A stretch of DNA of 63,344 nt, filler included. It is 9 parts of 9 records of this genome, joined end to end, with 100 filler letters (N's around TTAATTAATTAA, not from the genome) between each part and the next. Parts side by side here need not be neighbours in the genome. Positions count along the whole stretch, not along the records: positions 48,484 to 57,913 come from SRR31156797_50618; positions 58,014 to 63,344 come from SRR31156797_50678; 7 more parts are not named here. One strand, 5' to 3'. The notes beneath the pieces were generated by a model. That model did no database searches. It saw only the letters and a program-made list of their open reading frames with translations, and was not told the origin of the DNA. Position numbers and translations under genes: made by a program. Positions 50,045 through 61,087 of this stretch are shown piece after piece (within the stretch, counting starts at the first letter, position 1; the number at the start of each line of letters is the position of its first letter).

Positions 50045-51145
50045 GTGTTTTCCGAAGACAGATACGAAAAGTTCAATAACAAGCTGGTTGATATTTTAAA
50101 TTACGGAGCCTTGAACCTGGCTTTGGGCATCGGTTACAGGTTGGGGTTGCTTGAAGCCATGGCCGGGTTGGATAAGCCGGCGACAGTCGAGTCAATCGCC
50201 CAAAAGGCCGGATTGAGCGCCAGATATGTGAGAGAATGGCTGGGCGTGATGATGTCCGGGGATATCGTTGAGTTGACGGCCGGGCCGGGTGGTGAATTGT
50301 ATTTCCTTCCCGCAGAGCACGCAGCCGTATTGACCGACGCCGGCGGAAGATCGAACATGGGGGTGTATACCCAGGAAATCCCGCTTTTAACAGACCTGGC
50401 CGCTAATGCAGTTGAGTCTGGTTTCCGCACGGGGGAAGGAGTTCCGTATACCAGGTATCCGACATTTCAGGCCTTCATGTCCGAGCTTTCCATTGCCAAG
50501 CACAAACAGCTTCTTGTTGAAACGTTTATTCCTTCAGTGGACGACGGCAACCTGTTAAAAAGATTGGAAGATGGGATCAAGGTTCTTGACCTGGGCTGTG
50601 GAGAAGGGACAGCGACTATCTTAATGGCCGCAGCTTTTCCCAATAGCACATTTTCTGGAATGGATATTGCCGAAGAAGCCCTGGCCGAAGGGAGAAGGCT
50701 GGCCGGAAAAAAGGGCTTGAAAAATATTGATTTTATACAGACGGATGCAGCATTACTTGCGGATGATCCTGATTTGGCCGGGGCCTTTGATTACATAACC
50801 GCGTTTGACGCCATACACGACCAGACCGCTCCCCTGGAGGCTCTTAAAAGCGCTTATCATTTGTTGGCCAGGGGTGGTATTTTTTCCATGGTCGATATAG
50901 CCGCTGAAAGCGGGCACCAGGGCAATAAAGACCACCCCATGGGTCCGTTTCTTTACACTGTCAGTCTCATGCACTGCATGCCCGTGGGCCTGTGCGATGC
51001 CGGAGCCGGCCTGGGCATGATGTGGGGCAGGCAGAAAGCGGTTGAAATGATGGAACAAGCAGGTTTCGACCAGGTGGAAATAGAGGAAATGGATTACGAC
51101 CCGTTTAATTATCATTTTGTGGGGAGAAAGAGTCAGTCGCTTTAA
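50045..51145 (+). CDS. SAM-dependent methyltransferase with N-terminal wHTH (Rv2258c-like)
   Basis: GLSARYVREWL, FRTGEGVPY, VLDLGCGEG, FDAIHDQ, YTVSLMHCMPV, GLGMMWG. Confidence 0.88.
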   Translation: MFSEDRYEKFNNKLVDILNYGALNLALGIGYRLGLLEAMAGLDKPATVESIAQKAGLSARYVREWLGVMMSGDIVELTAGPGGELYFLPAEHAAVLTDAGGRSNMGVYTQEIPLLTDLAANAVESGFRTGEGVPYTRYPTFQAFMSELSIAKHKQLLVETFIPSVDDGNLLKRLEDGIKVLDLGCGEGTATILMAAAFPNSTFSGMDIAEEALAEGRRLAGKKGLKNIDFIQTDAALLADDPDLAGAFDYITAFDAIHDQTAPLEALKSAYHLLARGGIFSMVDIAAESGHQGNKDHPMGPFLYTVSLMHCMPVGLCDAGAGLGMMWGRQKAVEMMEQAGFDQVEIEEMDYDPFNYHFVGRKSQSL

Positions 51146-51197
51146 AAAGCTGTTAGCGGCAAGCAACACCGGGCGGATAGAGGAAAGCCGAAAAAAG

Positions 51198-51228
51198 AGT
51201 GTAACCTTTTCAGTATATGAAGGCTCAT
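51198..51228 (+). promoter_or_regulatory. Putative ECF-sigma promoter (copy 1), upstream of the DsrE gene
   Basis: AGTGTAACCTTTT-N13-CTCAT; the same 13-mer recurs at 56979. Confidence 0.5.
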
Positions 51229-51267
51229 TACCTCGATAATGACAGGTGAATTATTGGAGGAAAAAAT

Positions 51268-51639
51268 ATGACCGAGCCTTATACCGATGAAGTAGTTATC
51301 GCTCTATCCTGCGGGACCGACAATCCGAATCGTTCCACCCGGGCCATTCATCTGGCCACAATCGCCCACAAGGAAGGAAAAAAGGTCTGCCTGTTTTTGC
51401 TCGATGAAGGAGTTTACCTGGCCAAAAAAGGCATAGCCGACAACCTTAGGGCCGCAACCGGCGATGTGGCCGACGATCTTTTGCATTATCTTCAGGAATA
51501 CGAAGTCCCCATATTGGTTTGCACTCCCTGTGCCGCAGCCAGGCAGATAAGCGAAGACGACCTGATTAAAGGATCCCGCATGGCCACTGCCGCGGAACTG
51601 ATTCAGAAATCCTGCCAAAGCGCGGTAATAAGTCTTTAG
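51268..51639 (+). CDS. DsrE/DsrF-like family protein
   Basis: LFLLDEGVYLA, VCTPCAAAR; GGAGG RBS. Confidence 0.85.
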   Translation: MTEPYTDEVVIALSCGTDNPNRSTRAIHLATIAHKEGKKVCLFLLDEGVYLAKKGIADNLRAATGDVADDLLHYLQEYEVPILVCTPCAAARQISEDDLIKGSRMATAAELIQKSCQSAVISL

Positions 51640-51647
51640 AGTAGATT

Positions 51648-51670
51648 GACCCGGCTCTGGTCGGGTCTTT
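51648..51670 (+). terminator. Possible intrinsic terminator
   Basis: GACCCGGC-TCTG-GTCGGGTC-TTT just after the DsrE stop. Confidence 0.45.
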
Positions 51671-51768
51671 CATCATTACTTCGCCCGATATTATGCGGCC
51701 CCATGTCAGGGCCGCTCTTCGCTATTCCCGCCGTATTCCATGGCGTCCGTCTATTGAATTACAATGCG

Positions 51769-52536
51769 TCAGGCCAATCCCGTGACCAGAACAAACGGTT
51801 TTTCGTTTTCCATCCAGATTCTGGCATTAACGCCGTACACGGCGGCTATGTTTTGAGTCGTAAAGACTTCGCTAGGCGGACCGGCGGCGTAAACCGCGCC
51901 TGAGGCCATTAAAATGATTCTGTCGGCATATCGTGAAGCAAGGTTGAGATCATGGACGACCATGATCACGGACAGCTTTCTTGATATGGCCAGGTCTTTC
52001 ACTTTTTCCATTACAGACAACTGATGCCGAATATCAAGGTCGCTTGTGGGTTCGTCAAGGATCAAGGTTTTTGCTTCCTGGGCGATTGACCGGGCCAGCA
52101 TGACTCTTTGCTGTTCGCCGCCGGAAAGGGTTTCAAAGTCCCGTTCGGCGTAATCCATGAGATCCATGCTTTGCAGGGCTTCAATGGTTTTTATAACGTC
52201 GCTTTCACTTTTCCGCCATGATGCATGAGGTCTTCGCCCCATGAGAACGGCGTCAAAAACCGTTGCAGGGAAGCCGCAACCGGAAGACTGCGGCAGGTAC
52301 GCCAGGCGTCCGGCCAGTTCCCGGCGGTTTAATTCAATGGCGTCTTGTCCATTGATTTGAACACGGCCCGAATCGGGTTCAAGGATGCGGACAATACATT
52401 TAAGGAGAGTGGATTTGCCGGATCCATTTGGCCCGGCAATGCACAGGATTTCTCCACTGTCCACCTTGAACGATATATTATCTAAAACTGGATGGCTGTT
52501 GTATTTAAAAGTTATGTTCCCGACTGAAACATTCAT
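51769..52536 (-). CDS. Iron-chelate/cobalamin-type ABC transporter ATPase (FecE/BtuD-like)
   Basis: GPNGSGKST, LSGGEQQR, LDEPTSDLD, HDLNLA; ATG overlaps the permease stop. Confidence 0.9.
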   Translation of the reverse strand: MNVSVGNITFKYNSHPVLDNISFKVDSGEILCIAGPNGSGKSTLLKCIVRILEPDSGRVQINGQDAIELNRRELAGRLAYLPQSSGCGFPATVFDAVLMGRRPHASWRKSESDVIKTIEALQSMDLMDYAERDFETLSGGEQQRVMLARSIAQEAKTLILDEPTSDLDIRHQLSVMEKVKDLAISRKLSVIMVVHDLNLASRYADRIILMASGAVYAAGPPSEVFTTQNIAAVYGVNARIWMENEKPFVLVTGLA

Positions 52537-53651
52537 GGCTTTCTTTTTCCTCTGACAATGAAATAGAGAAAAAGCGGCACGCCCATTATTGATGTGATCA
52601 CGCCCACAGGCATTACATTGGGCGCCAGGATCGTCAATGAGACCATATCCGCGGCGGACAACAGCACTGCGCCGGCCAGGCCCGAGGCGGGAATAAGCAT
52701 TCGGTGATTGTCCTTGACCGCCAGGCGCATGATATGCGGAGCGACCAGGCCGATGAAGCCGACGGCGCCGATAAAGGCGACAATTGCCGCGGTTAATATC
52801 GAACACACCGCCATTATGCTATTCCTGGTCCAGCCGACATTCACGCCCAGGCTGAAGGCGGTTTCGTCTCCAAAACCCAGAATGTCCAAATCCCATGTTT
52901 TTTTAATCAGATATACTGTTGCCGGCAGCAATATCAAGGCGTTAAGCATCAAGCCGCCCCAGGAAGCCCGGCCGACATCCCCCACCAGCCAGAACACAAC
53001 CGCCTGAATCGCGTAAGGATCCGCGATAAATTGCATGACCGTTACGCCGGCGGAGAAAAGAAACATAATGGCAATGCCGGCCAGTATCATGGTTTCGGGC
53101 ATGGCGTCGCGCCTGCCTGAAATCATGAGTACGGCCGCCGAGCAGGCCAGGGCGAAAACAAAAGCGTTTACAACTATCATATATTGGGAAGAGATAATGC
53201 CCACGCCCAACACAATGGCCAGGGACGCCCCGAATCCGGCGGCCGCTGAAATGCCCAGTGTATAAGGGCTGGCCAGCGGATTTTTCAAGACGCCCTGCAT
53301 GGCGCACCCGGCCATTCCCAGGCCGAACCCGGCCAGATTGGCCATCAGGATGCGGGGCAATCTGATGTTGACGACCACTGTATGGTGCATGGCCGGGACG
53401 TCAAAATATCCAGGAAAAACCAGGTCGATAATCGCCGTGTACGCCTGGGTTATGGTTATGTCGGCCGGCCCGATTGTCGCGGCCCAGCCGGCCAAAAGAA
53501 AATCAATAATAACCAGGGCCGCGACAAGAATTAATCTGGCTGTTTTTTTTCCAGACAGGTCGTAAGCTATTTTTTCCGCTTGCCTGTTATTGGCGGACAA
53601 TAAGTTATCCAACGTGAATTCGGTTCCTGTATTTGCCGGCATGCTTGTCAT
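52533..53651 (-). CDS. FecCD/BtuC family ABC permease
   Basis: IRLPR, AMQGVLKNPLASPYTLGIS, GDETAFSLG, GFIGLVAPH, PVGVITS. Confidence 0.92.
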   Translation of the reverse strand: MTSMPANTGTEFTLDNLLSANNRQAEKIAYDLSGKKTARLILVAALVIIDFLLAGWAATIGPADITITQAYTAIIDLVFPGYFDVPAMHHTVVVNIRLPRILMANLAGFGLGMAGCAMQGVLKNPLASPYTLGISAAAGFGASLAIVLGVGIISSQYMIVVNAFVFALACSAAVLMISGRRDAMPETMILAGIAIMFLFSAGVTVMQFIADPYAIQAVVFWLVGDVGRASWGGLMLNALILLPATVYLIKKTWDLDILGFGDETAFSLGVNVGWTRNSIMAVCSILTAAIVAFIGAVGFIGLVAPHIMRLAVKDNHRMLIPASGLAGAVLLSAADMVSLTILAPNVMPVGVITSIMGVPLFLYFIVRGKRKP

Positions 53652-54703
53652 TCAATAAAACCGAGTTCCCTGCCTCTTGCCGTCCAGAGGCCCGGTTTGC
53701 CGAAAAAGAATTCGTATATCTTATTTCCATAGGCTTCGGGATCAATATCAGCAAATTTTTTCGGGTGAAACCGGCAAGCCATGTATAGCGTTTCGGTAAG
53801 GGCCCGGGGGTAGTGCCAGCCCCGCCACATGCCCAGGGTATAATAGACATTCTTGTTTCGAACAGCGTTGACGCCGGCCATCCGCGGATCGGTTAATACT
53901 TTATCAACATTAACCGGCGTCCACTTTTTCGGAGAACCGTGGATGAGTATAAAATCAGGATTCCAGACAACGACCTGCTCCACTGGAACTTTTATGGAAT
54001 AACCGTAAACATTTGATTCCTGGCCTCGGGCGATGTTTATACCTCCGGCGATTTGCACCGGATCGTAATATATCGGTATCCGGGAAACTCCATTCCAGAA
54101 TCCCCAAAACAGCAGGTGAACCTTGGGGCGCTCCTTTTCAGGTATTTGATCCGTGACTCTGCTTATCTTTTCGATTACATCGTCCCCGAATTCCATGAGC
54201 TCCCGCGCTCGCTCCTGCTCATCTATCAAGCGGGATACAAGTTTGTAGTTTTCTTTCACGCCTTTTATAGTAGTCAAAGTGTGAAGGCAAACCACGGGAA
54301 TCCCGGTTTTGCGCTGAAGTTCGTCTGCCGGTTCCGTGCCGTATCCGCCCCAGGTCAAAATCAAATCGGGTTTAAGGGAAACTATTAATTCGATGTTCGG
54401 CGCTTTTGTCTTGCCGACAGGAGCGGCCGGGTGGGAGTCAAACCATGCTTTTCTGTAAACCAGGTCTTCAGCGGACAAGGAATCAACGCCTACAAGCCGA
54501 TCTCCGGCGCCGAGCGTCAGCATGACCGTTGTGCATTCCTGCATGAGGGAGACGACTCGGCGGGCGGGAACATTTACTTCCACCTGCCTGTTGTTGCGGT
54601 CGGTTATTGTTATTGTCCCGGCATGGGAGGCCCCGCAATTTAAAGTCAGTATTAAAAGGGCCAAAAGGCCGGCGCCGTAATTAACCAAGGCTGCATGTTT
54701 CAC
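53648..54703 (-). CDS. Fe/B12-type periplasmic binding protein
   Basis: Signal peptide, ITDRNNRQV, PARRVVSL, PNIELIVSLKPDLI, WNPDFI, AVRNKNVY. Confidence 0.88.
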   Translation of the reverse strand: MKHAALVNYGAGLLALLILTLNCGASHAGTITITDRNNRQVEVNVPARRVVSLMQECTTVMLTLGAGDRLVGVDSLSAEDLVYRKAWFDSHPAAPVGKTKAPNIELIVSLKPDLILTWGGYGTEPADELQRKTGIPVVCLHTLTTIKGVKENYKLVSRLIDEQERARELMEFGDDVIEKISRVTDQIPEKERPKVHLLFWGFWNGVSRIPIYYDPVQIAGGINIARGQESNVYGYSIKVPVEQVVVWNPDFILIHGSPKKWTPVNVDKVLTDPRMAGVNAVRNKNVYYTLGMWRGWHYPRALTETLYMACRFHPKKFADIDPEAYGNKIYEFFFGKPGLWTARGRELGFIE

Positions 54704-54715
54704 AGCAAGCTCCTT

Positions 54716-55546
54716 TCAGGCAATATTCACAGTGATCATGGCCAGTTGCTGGCGCTGGACAAGCCGGATTGCATTTCCTTCATATTCAACGCGTTCGGCC
54801 AGGTAATCCGAAGCCAGGGCCGGATCGACGTCAATGAGTCGGGCCATTGATTCGATAAGCAGGTCGACTGCTTCATCCATAGTTTTGTAATTTTTAACCA
54901 TTGAATATTCACCGATGACAACGTCGGCAAAAAGGCCCATTTCATGCAGAAGGTTAACAATGTACATATAATCCGGACCCGGATCGAAAGGCATGGATGT
55001 CAGGCGCGGCCATAAATCCGGGTGCTGCCAATGTCGCGGCCCGGCCGGTTCAACGATAACTGCCTGCCGCGCGGCCGCTTGTATCATTCTTTCTATAAAC
55101 GGTTTTGGTACAACCGTTCCCAGGGCATATGCCGCCAGCACGACATCGTGGCGGTCGACATCTTTGCCCACATCCAAATCAAGCCAGGATTCAGGAATGA
55201 TCCGGACGTTGTTTAATTTGTTGGATTCCAGACTTTCCTTAAGGCGGGAAGCCGCGACCTCGGATTGCTCCACAGCGGTAACGAGCCTGGCTCGTTCGGC
55301 CAGGGGGATAGTCAACAATCCCGGCCCTGCGCCTATGTCCAAAACAGAATCATTTGGGCCGATTTCAAGGCGGTGTAATATCCACTCTATACGTTCTGAG
55401 TGATCGGCATGACTCTTGCCCCATTGCTTGTCCCAGAAACTTTTGGTTAGACAGCTTTCAGTCGTCCAGGTGGAGCGGTTCCGGGCTTCCACCCAGAGAT
55501 CGCTCCAATTGAATGCCTGCCCGTTACTCGATGCTAATTCCATCAT
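54716..55546 (-). CDS. Class I SAM-dependent methyltransferase, first gene of the ABC operon
   Basis: VLDIGAGPGLLTIPLA, VTAVEQS, YIVNLLHEMG; AAAGGAG RBS. Confidence 0.87.
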   Translation of the reverse strand: MMELASSNGQAFNWSDLWVEARNRSTWTTESCLTKSFWDKQWGKSHADHSERIEWILHRLEIGPNDSVLDIGAGPGLLTIPLAERARLVTAVEQSEVAASRLKESLESNKLNNVRIIPESWLDLDVGKDVDRHDVVLAAYALGTVVPKPFIERMIQAAARQAVIVEPAGPRHWQHPDLWPRLTSMPFDPGPDYMYIVNLLHEMGLFADVVIGEYSMVKNYKTMDEAVDLLIESMARLIDVDPALASDYLAERVEYEGNAIRLVQRQQLAMITVNIA

Positions 55547-55559
55547 TAAACAGCTCCTT

Positions 55560-55741
55560 TGAGAGGACGGGCAGCATGGTTTCTTTTTTTACTTTCAAAA
55601 TAAAAAGCCACGAAACCGACCCGTCCATGCGGGAATCAGCCTTCGTGGCTTATAATTCAACAAGGATAATTATGTATAAAATGCGGCCTTCGGACCGCTT
55701 TATTCACTTAAAGCTTATCCGATGCAATTTTATCTTGTCAA
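55560..55741 (-). promoter_or_regulatory. Structured 5' leader: sigma70-like promoter and terminator-like hairpin (candidate attenuator)
   Basis: Minus strand TTGACA-N18-TAAGCT; AAGCCACGAA..TTCGTGGCTT stem followed by a U-rich run, ~60 nt before the start codon. Confidence 0.5.
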
Positions 55742-55883
55742 GCCAAATCGGTTGACGGACTTGAATCCGGAAAATAGCAAGAATGAATTGGAAATATATG
55801 AAACATATGTGTGTCCTGTATTAATTTGAATTTGGAAACAGGGAGTGTATAATTAGTGTAATCCATATACAGGAAGGCGTAAA

Positions 55884-56903
55884 ATGAACACATTTATCTT
55901 GGGACAGACGGGTTTCGAGGTTATGGAACTGGGATTCGGCGGCATACCGATAATCCCTTTATCCAATGAAGAGGCCATTGAAGTTGTAAAGCATTGCTAT
56001 GAAGTCGGAATCAATTTTTTCGACACCGCCAACATGTACGGAGACAGCGAGAAAAAAATCGGCCAGGCCCTGGAACCGGTGCGCGACAAGGTTTACATCG
56101 CCACCAAAACCCTGGCCCGGGACGCCGCCGGCGCCACAGAGCATATAGAACTGAGCCTTAAAAACCTGCGCACGGATTACATAGACCTGTTCCAACTTCA
56201 CGCATTGAGCAAGCCCGAAGAACTGGAAACCGTCATGGCCCCGGGGGGTGCGTACGAGGCCGTTCAGCGGTTCATAAACGATGGGCAAATCAGGCACGTC
56301 GGCTTCAGTTCCCACGACATCGCCACAGCCATAAAGGGCTGCCGAACCGGCATGTTTGCAACCATTCAGATTCCTTTCAACTTTATCGAACACGAACCGG
56401 CTGAAAAGCTTTTTAAAACAGCCGGCGAAGAAAATATGGGCATAATCGGCATGAAGCCTCTGGGCGGAGGTCTGCTTGACCGGGCCGACCTTTGTTTTAA
56501 ATTTCTACGCCAGTACCCCAATGTCATCCCCATACCTGGCTTTTGCAGCATTGAAGAAATTGACCAGGTTATCGCCCTATATGAAGAGCCCGGCAATCTG
56601 ACCGATAAGGACCTTACCGATATTGACCGTATCCGGGGCGAGTTGGGCAAGGCTTTCTGTCACCGTTGCGGCTATTGCGGGCCCTGCGAACAGGGCGTCA
56701 AAATAACCGACGTCTTGATGTTCCGTTCGATGGCCCAGCGTATTGATCCGCCCATGGCCTTATTCATCGGAAAGCCGGCCATGGAAACAGTTGAAAACTG
56801 TACGGATTGCGGAGAATGCCTGGAAAAATGCCCTTATAACCTGCCAATTCCCGAATTGCTGCGGGAATATCTGCAGTATTATAATGAACTGGCCGCTGTT
56901 TAA
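55884..56903 (+). CDS. Aldo/keto reductase with C-terminal 4Fe-4S domain
   Basis: LGFGGIP, FFDTANMYG, TDYIDLFQLH, MKPLGGG, CHRCGYCGPC, CTDCGECLEKCP. Confidence 0.93.
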   Translation: MNTFILGQTGFEVMELGFGGIPIIPLSNEEAIEVVKHCYEVGINFFDTANMYGDSEKKIGQALEPVRDKVYIATKTLARDAAGATEHIELSLKNLRTDYIDLFQLHALSKPEELETVMAPGGAYEAVQRFINDGQIRHVGFSSHDIATAIKGCRTGMFATIQIPFNFIEHEPAEKLFKTAGEENMGIIGMKPLGGGLLDRADLCFKFLRQYPNVIPIPGFCSIEEIDQVIALYEEPGNLTDKDLTDIDRIRGELGKAFCHRCGYCGPCEQGVKITDVLMFRSMAQRIDPPMALFIGKPAMETVENCTDCGECLEKCPYNLPIPELLREYLQYYNELAAV

Positions 56904-56937
56904 TATCAGCAATAATTAGTAATATTTAACCAGCTTG

Positions 56938-56969
56938 ACCGCCGTTTTCTTTCCGGCGGTTTATTTTTT
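56938..56969 (+). terminator. Probable intrinsic terminator
   Basis: ACCGCCG..CGGCGGT stem followed by TTATTTTTT. Confidence 0.6.
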
Positions 56970-56978
56970 ACGCTTTAA

Positions 56979-57008
56979 AGTGTAACCTTTTATCCTGTAA
57001 CGTCTCAT
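56979..57008 (+). promoter_or_regulatory. Putative ECF-sigma promoter (copy 2), upstream of the rhodanese gene
   Basis: AGTGTAACCTTTT-N9-CGTCTCAT, with AAC at -35 and CGT at -10. Confidence 0.55.
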
Positions 57009-57044
57009 AAATAAGAAGAGAATACTGGAGAGGTGTGTCTTGAA

Positions 57045-57773
57045 ATGATCAATAAGAAAAGAATCTTTAGAATATTACCGATAATCGTCGCCCTTTTTCT
57101 TGCTTTGTCGGGAATTGCAGCCGCATCTGGACAACAAAATCTTAAGGTTGACGGGCGGCTTGTAGACGGCGTGCGGTTTGTGGATATGTCAAAGCTTCAT
57201 AAACAAGGGAACATTATCGTTTACAGGGGTGACGCCGTTAAGTTAATCAGCCCTCAAATGGCCGAAGCCGGTGAACTGATTATTCCTAAATACGATATTT
57301 CCGAATTCGTGGATAAAGGACGGACCATTACGGTCAAGTTCAAGGCCAAGGATATCGGTTTTTTTCCTTACCTGATTAAACCGAAGAACGGAGACGGCGG
57401 CAACGCCCAATCAGGAAATATCAAGGTCATTCAGTATGAAGCAGCAGGCGAGGCGAAATATTACGAGTTAAATGCCGGGCAAGCCAGAAATTTGATTAGC
57501 AAAAAGAATCCTTTGATTTTGGATGTGCGTACGCCCATGGAATTCGACCAGGTCCGTTTGGAGAATTCCACCTTAATTCCGGTTCAGCACCTGGCTTACA
57601 GGCTTGACGAAATCGGGCATTACAAAAACAACGACATTCTTATTTACTGCCGTTCCGGCAACCGTAGCACAGTGGCCGCGGCCATCATGGCCAAGTACGG
57701 CTTCAAAAGGCTTTATAACCTTCGCTACGGAATAAAAGACTGGATAAAGCAGGGGTATGATGTCATAAATTAA
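57045..57773 (+). CDS. Exported rhodanese-domain protein with N-terminal cupredoxin-like region
   Basis: Signal peptide; IVYRGDAV..FKAKDIGFFPY; ILDVRTP, YCRSGNRS, NLRYGIKDW. Confidence 0.85.
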   Translation: MINKKRIFRILPIIVALFLALSGIAAASGQQNLKVDGRLVDGVRFVDMSKLHKQGNIIVYRGDAVKLISPQMAEAGELIIPKYDISEFVDKGRTITVKFKAKDIGFFPYLIKPKNGDGGNAQSGNIKVIQYEAAGEAKYYELNAGQARNLISKKNPLILDVRTPMEFDQVRLENSTLIPVQHLAYRLDEIGHYKNNDILIYCRSGNRSTVAAAIMAKYGFKRLYNLRYGIKDWIKQGYDVIN

Positions 57774-57798
57774 CCTGAAAACAATCAGGCTTAAGATC

Positions 57799-57845
57799 AA
57801 ATAAGGGATTCATCAGTTAATATATGGTGAATCCCTTATTTTTTT
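57799..57845 (+). terminator. Intrinsic terminator
   Basis: AAATAAGGGATTCATCA..TGGTGAATCCCTTATTT stem followed by a T run. Confidence 0.75.
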
Positions 57846-57861
57846 GTGTTGCGATGTTTTT

Positions 57862-57913
57862 TAGTGCCTGTCCAGAAATGAGAGATTTTTTCCAAGGTCG
57901 AGGAGAGCGAAAA
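57862..57913 (+). mobile_element. End of a MITE/IS-like repeat cut by the contig edge
   Basis: TAGTGCCTGTCCAGAAAT..., 15/18 identical to the motif at 63316; both are at contig ends. Confidence 0.5.
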
Positions 57914-58013
57914 NNNNNNNNNNNNNNNNNNNNNNNNNNNNNNNNNNNNNNNNNNNNTTAATTAATTAANNNNNNNNNNNNNNNNNNNNNNNNNNNNNNN
58001 NNNNNNNNNNNNN
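57914..58013. other. Artificial contig linker
   Basis: N44-TTAATTAATTAA-N44. Confidence 0.99.
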
Positions 58014-59573
<1,560 letters not shown>

Positions 59574-59580
59574 TCTACCA

Positions 59581-60858
59581 TTAATCACCAACGAAAATAT
59601 CCATGGCGAATTGCGCCCCCTGGTCCAGGCCCTCTTCAATGCGGATCAACTGGTTGTATTTGGCAATCCGGTCGGAGCGGGACAGAGAACCGGTTTTAAT
59701 CTGACCGCTGTTCACCGCGACAGCCAGATCGGCTATAAACGCATCTTCGGTTTCACCGCTACGGTGTGAGATAACGGTTGTGTAACCGGCTTGTTTGGCC
59801 ATTTCAATGGCATCCAGGGTCTCCGTCACCGTGCCGATCTGATTCAATTTAATGAGGATGGAATTGGCGATGCCATCTTCAATTCCTTTGCCAAAGATGG
59901 AGGGGTTGGTGACGAAGACGTCGTCGCCCACAATCTGAATGTATTCATCGAGACGTTCGGTCATCAGCGCCCAGTTGTCCCAATCCTGTTCGGCCAGGCC
60001 GTCCTCGATGGACAAGATGGGGTATTTTTCTATCAGACCCTCATAGTAATCGATCAATTCCACTGCGGACAGGGTTTTTCCTTCCCCTTTGAGCGCATAT
60101 TTCTTTTTGGCGTAAAGTTCACTGGCCGCTACATCCAGGGCAAGGCCGATCTCCTTGCCGGCTGTATAACCGGCAGCCTTGATCGCTTTCATGATATAGC
60201 TCAACGCCTCTTCGTTGGATTTGAGATCCGGTGCGAATCCGCCTTCATCCCCTACGGCCGTGCTCAATCCTTTGGACTTCAGGATCTTTTTCAGGGCATG
60301 AAAGGTTTCGGCCCCCATCTGAATGGCTTGGGCCATTGTGGACGCTCCGAAAGGAACGATCATGAATTCCTGGATGTCCAGGTTGTTTGCGGCATGAGCG
60401 CCACCGTTGATCACATTCATCATGGGAACCGGAAGGATTCTGGCATTAACACCGCCCAGGTAGCGATAAAGAGGGAGCCCATAAGCATTGGCAGATGCAC
60501 GGGCGGCAGCCATGGAAACACCAAGGATGGCATTGGCGCCCAGTTTGGATTTGTTTTTGGTGCCGTCCAGTTCGAGCATGCAGGCGTCCAAGGCCATCTG
60601 GTCCGATGCGTCCATGCCGCGAATTTTATCGGCGATGGTGGTGTTGACATTCTTTACCGCCGTGACCACCCCTTTTCCTCCGTAACGTTTGGCGCGGGTA
60701 TTGCGAAGCTCCAGCGCTTCCCGCTTTCCCGTGGATGCTCCGGAAGGAACCGCAGCTCGGCCAGTGGCGCCGGAATTCAGCAGCATCTCCACTTCCACGG
60801 TGGGATTGCCTCTGGAATCCAAAATTTCCCTTGCCCGAACATCAATAATTTGTGTCAT
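59581..60858 (-). CDS. eno: Enolase
   Basis: [60 protein letters not shown]. Confidence 0.98.
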   Translation of the reverse strand: MTQIIDVRAREILDSRGNPTVEVEMLLNSGATGRAAVPSGASTGKREALELRNTRAKRYGGKGVVTAVKNVNTTIADKIRGMDASDQMALDACMLELDGTKNKSKLGANAILGVSMAAARASANAYGLPLYRYLGGVNARILPVPMMNVINGGAHAANNLDIQEFMIVPFGASTMAQAIQMGAETFHALKKILKSKGLSTAVGDEGGFAPDLKSNEEALSYIMKAIKAAGYTAGKEIGLALDVAASELYAKKKYALKGEGKTLSAVELIDYYEGLIEKYPILSIEDGLAEQDWDNWALMTERLDEYIQIVGDDVFVTNPSIFGKGIEDGIANSILIKLNQIGTVTETLDAIEMAKQAGYTTVISHRSGETEDAFIADLAVAVNSGQIKTGSLSRSDRIAKYNQLIRIEEGLDQGAQFAMDIFVGD

Positions 60859-61087
60859 GATTTTTCCTCTGATTATTTGTTTGGCGCGGAATAAACCGAT
60901 AACTCCGACGTACGCGAAAAATGATCCAAAGCTTTGGTGGACAACGGTTGGCTGCCCTCCGCTTGTGGGCGGGTGAGAGCCAGTTGGCGCTTGACAATCC
61001 AACCGCAAATGTTACTCTCCTTGCATGGTGTTGTCAAGAAATTGGCTTAGTGTTTTCATCAGATTCAATGAAACCCGGGAAACAACC

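Noticed and set aside
55547-55883. Cobalamin riboswitch before the BtuFCD-like operon
   Set aside because: B12-box and other conserved core elements are not found on the mRNA strand; reported instead as an unassigned structured leader.
5656-58013. Regularly recurring TTAATTAATTAA flanked by Ns, and any gene linkage across these points
   Set aside because: Artificial six-frame-stop linkers. Contigs differ in composition and gene content, so cross-linker neighbourhoods and ORFs containing X runs are artefacts.
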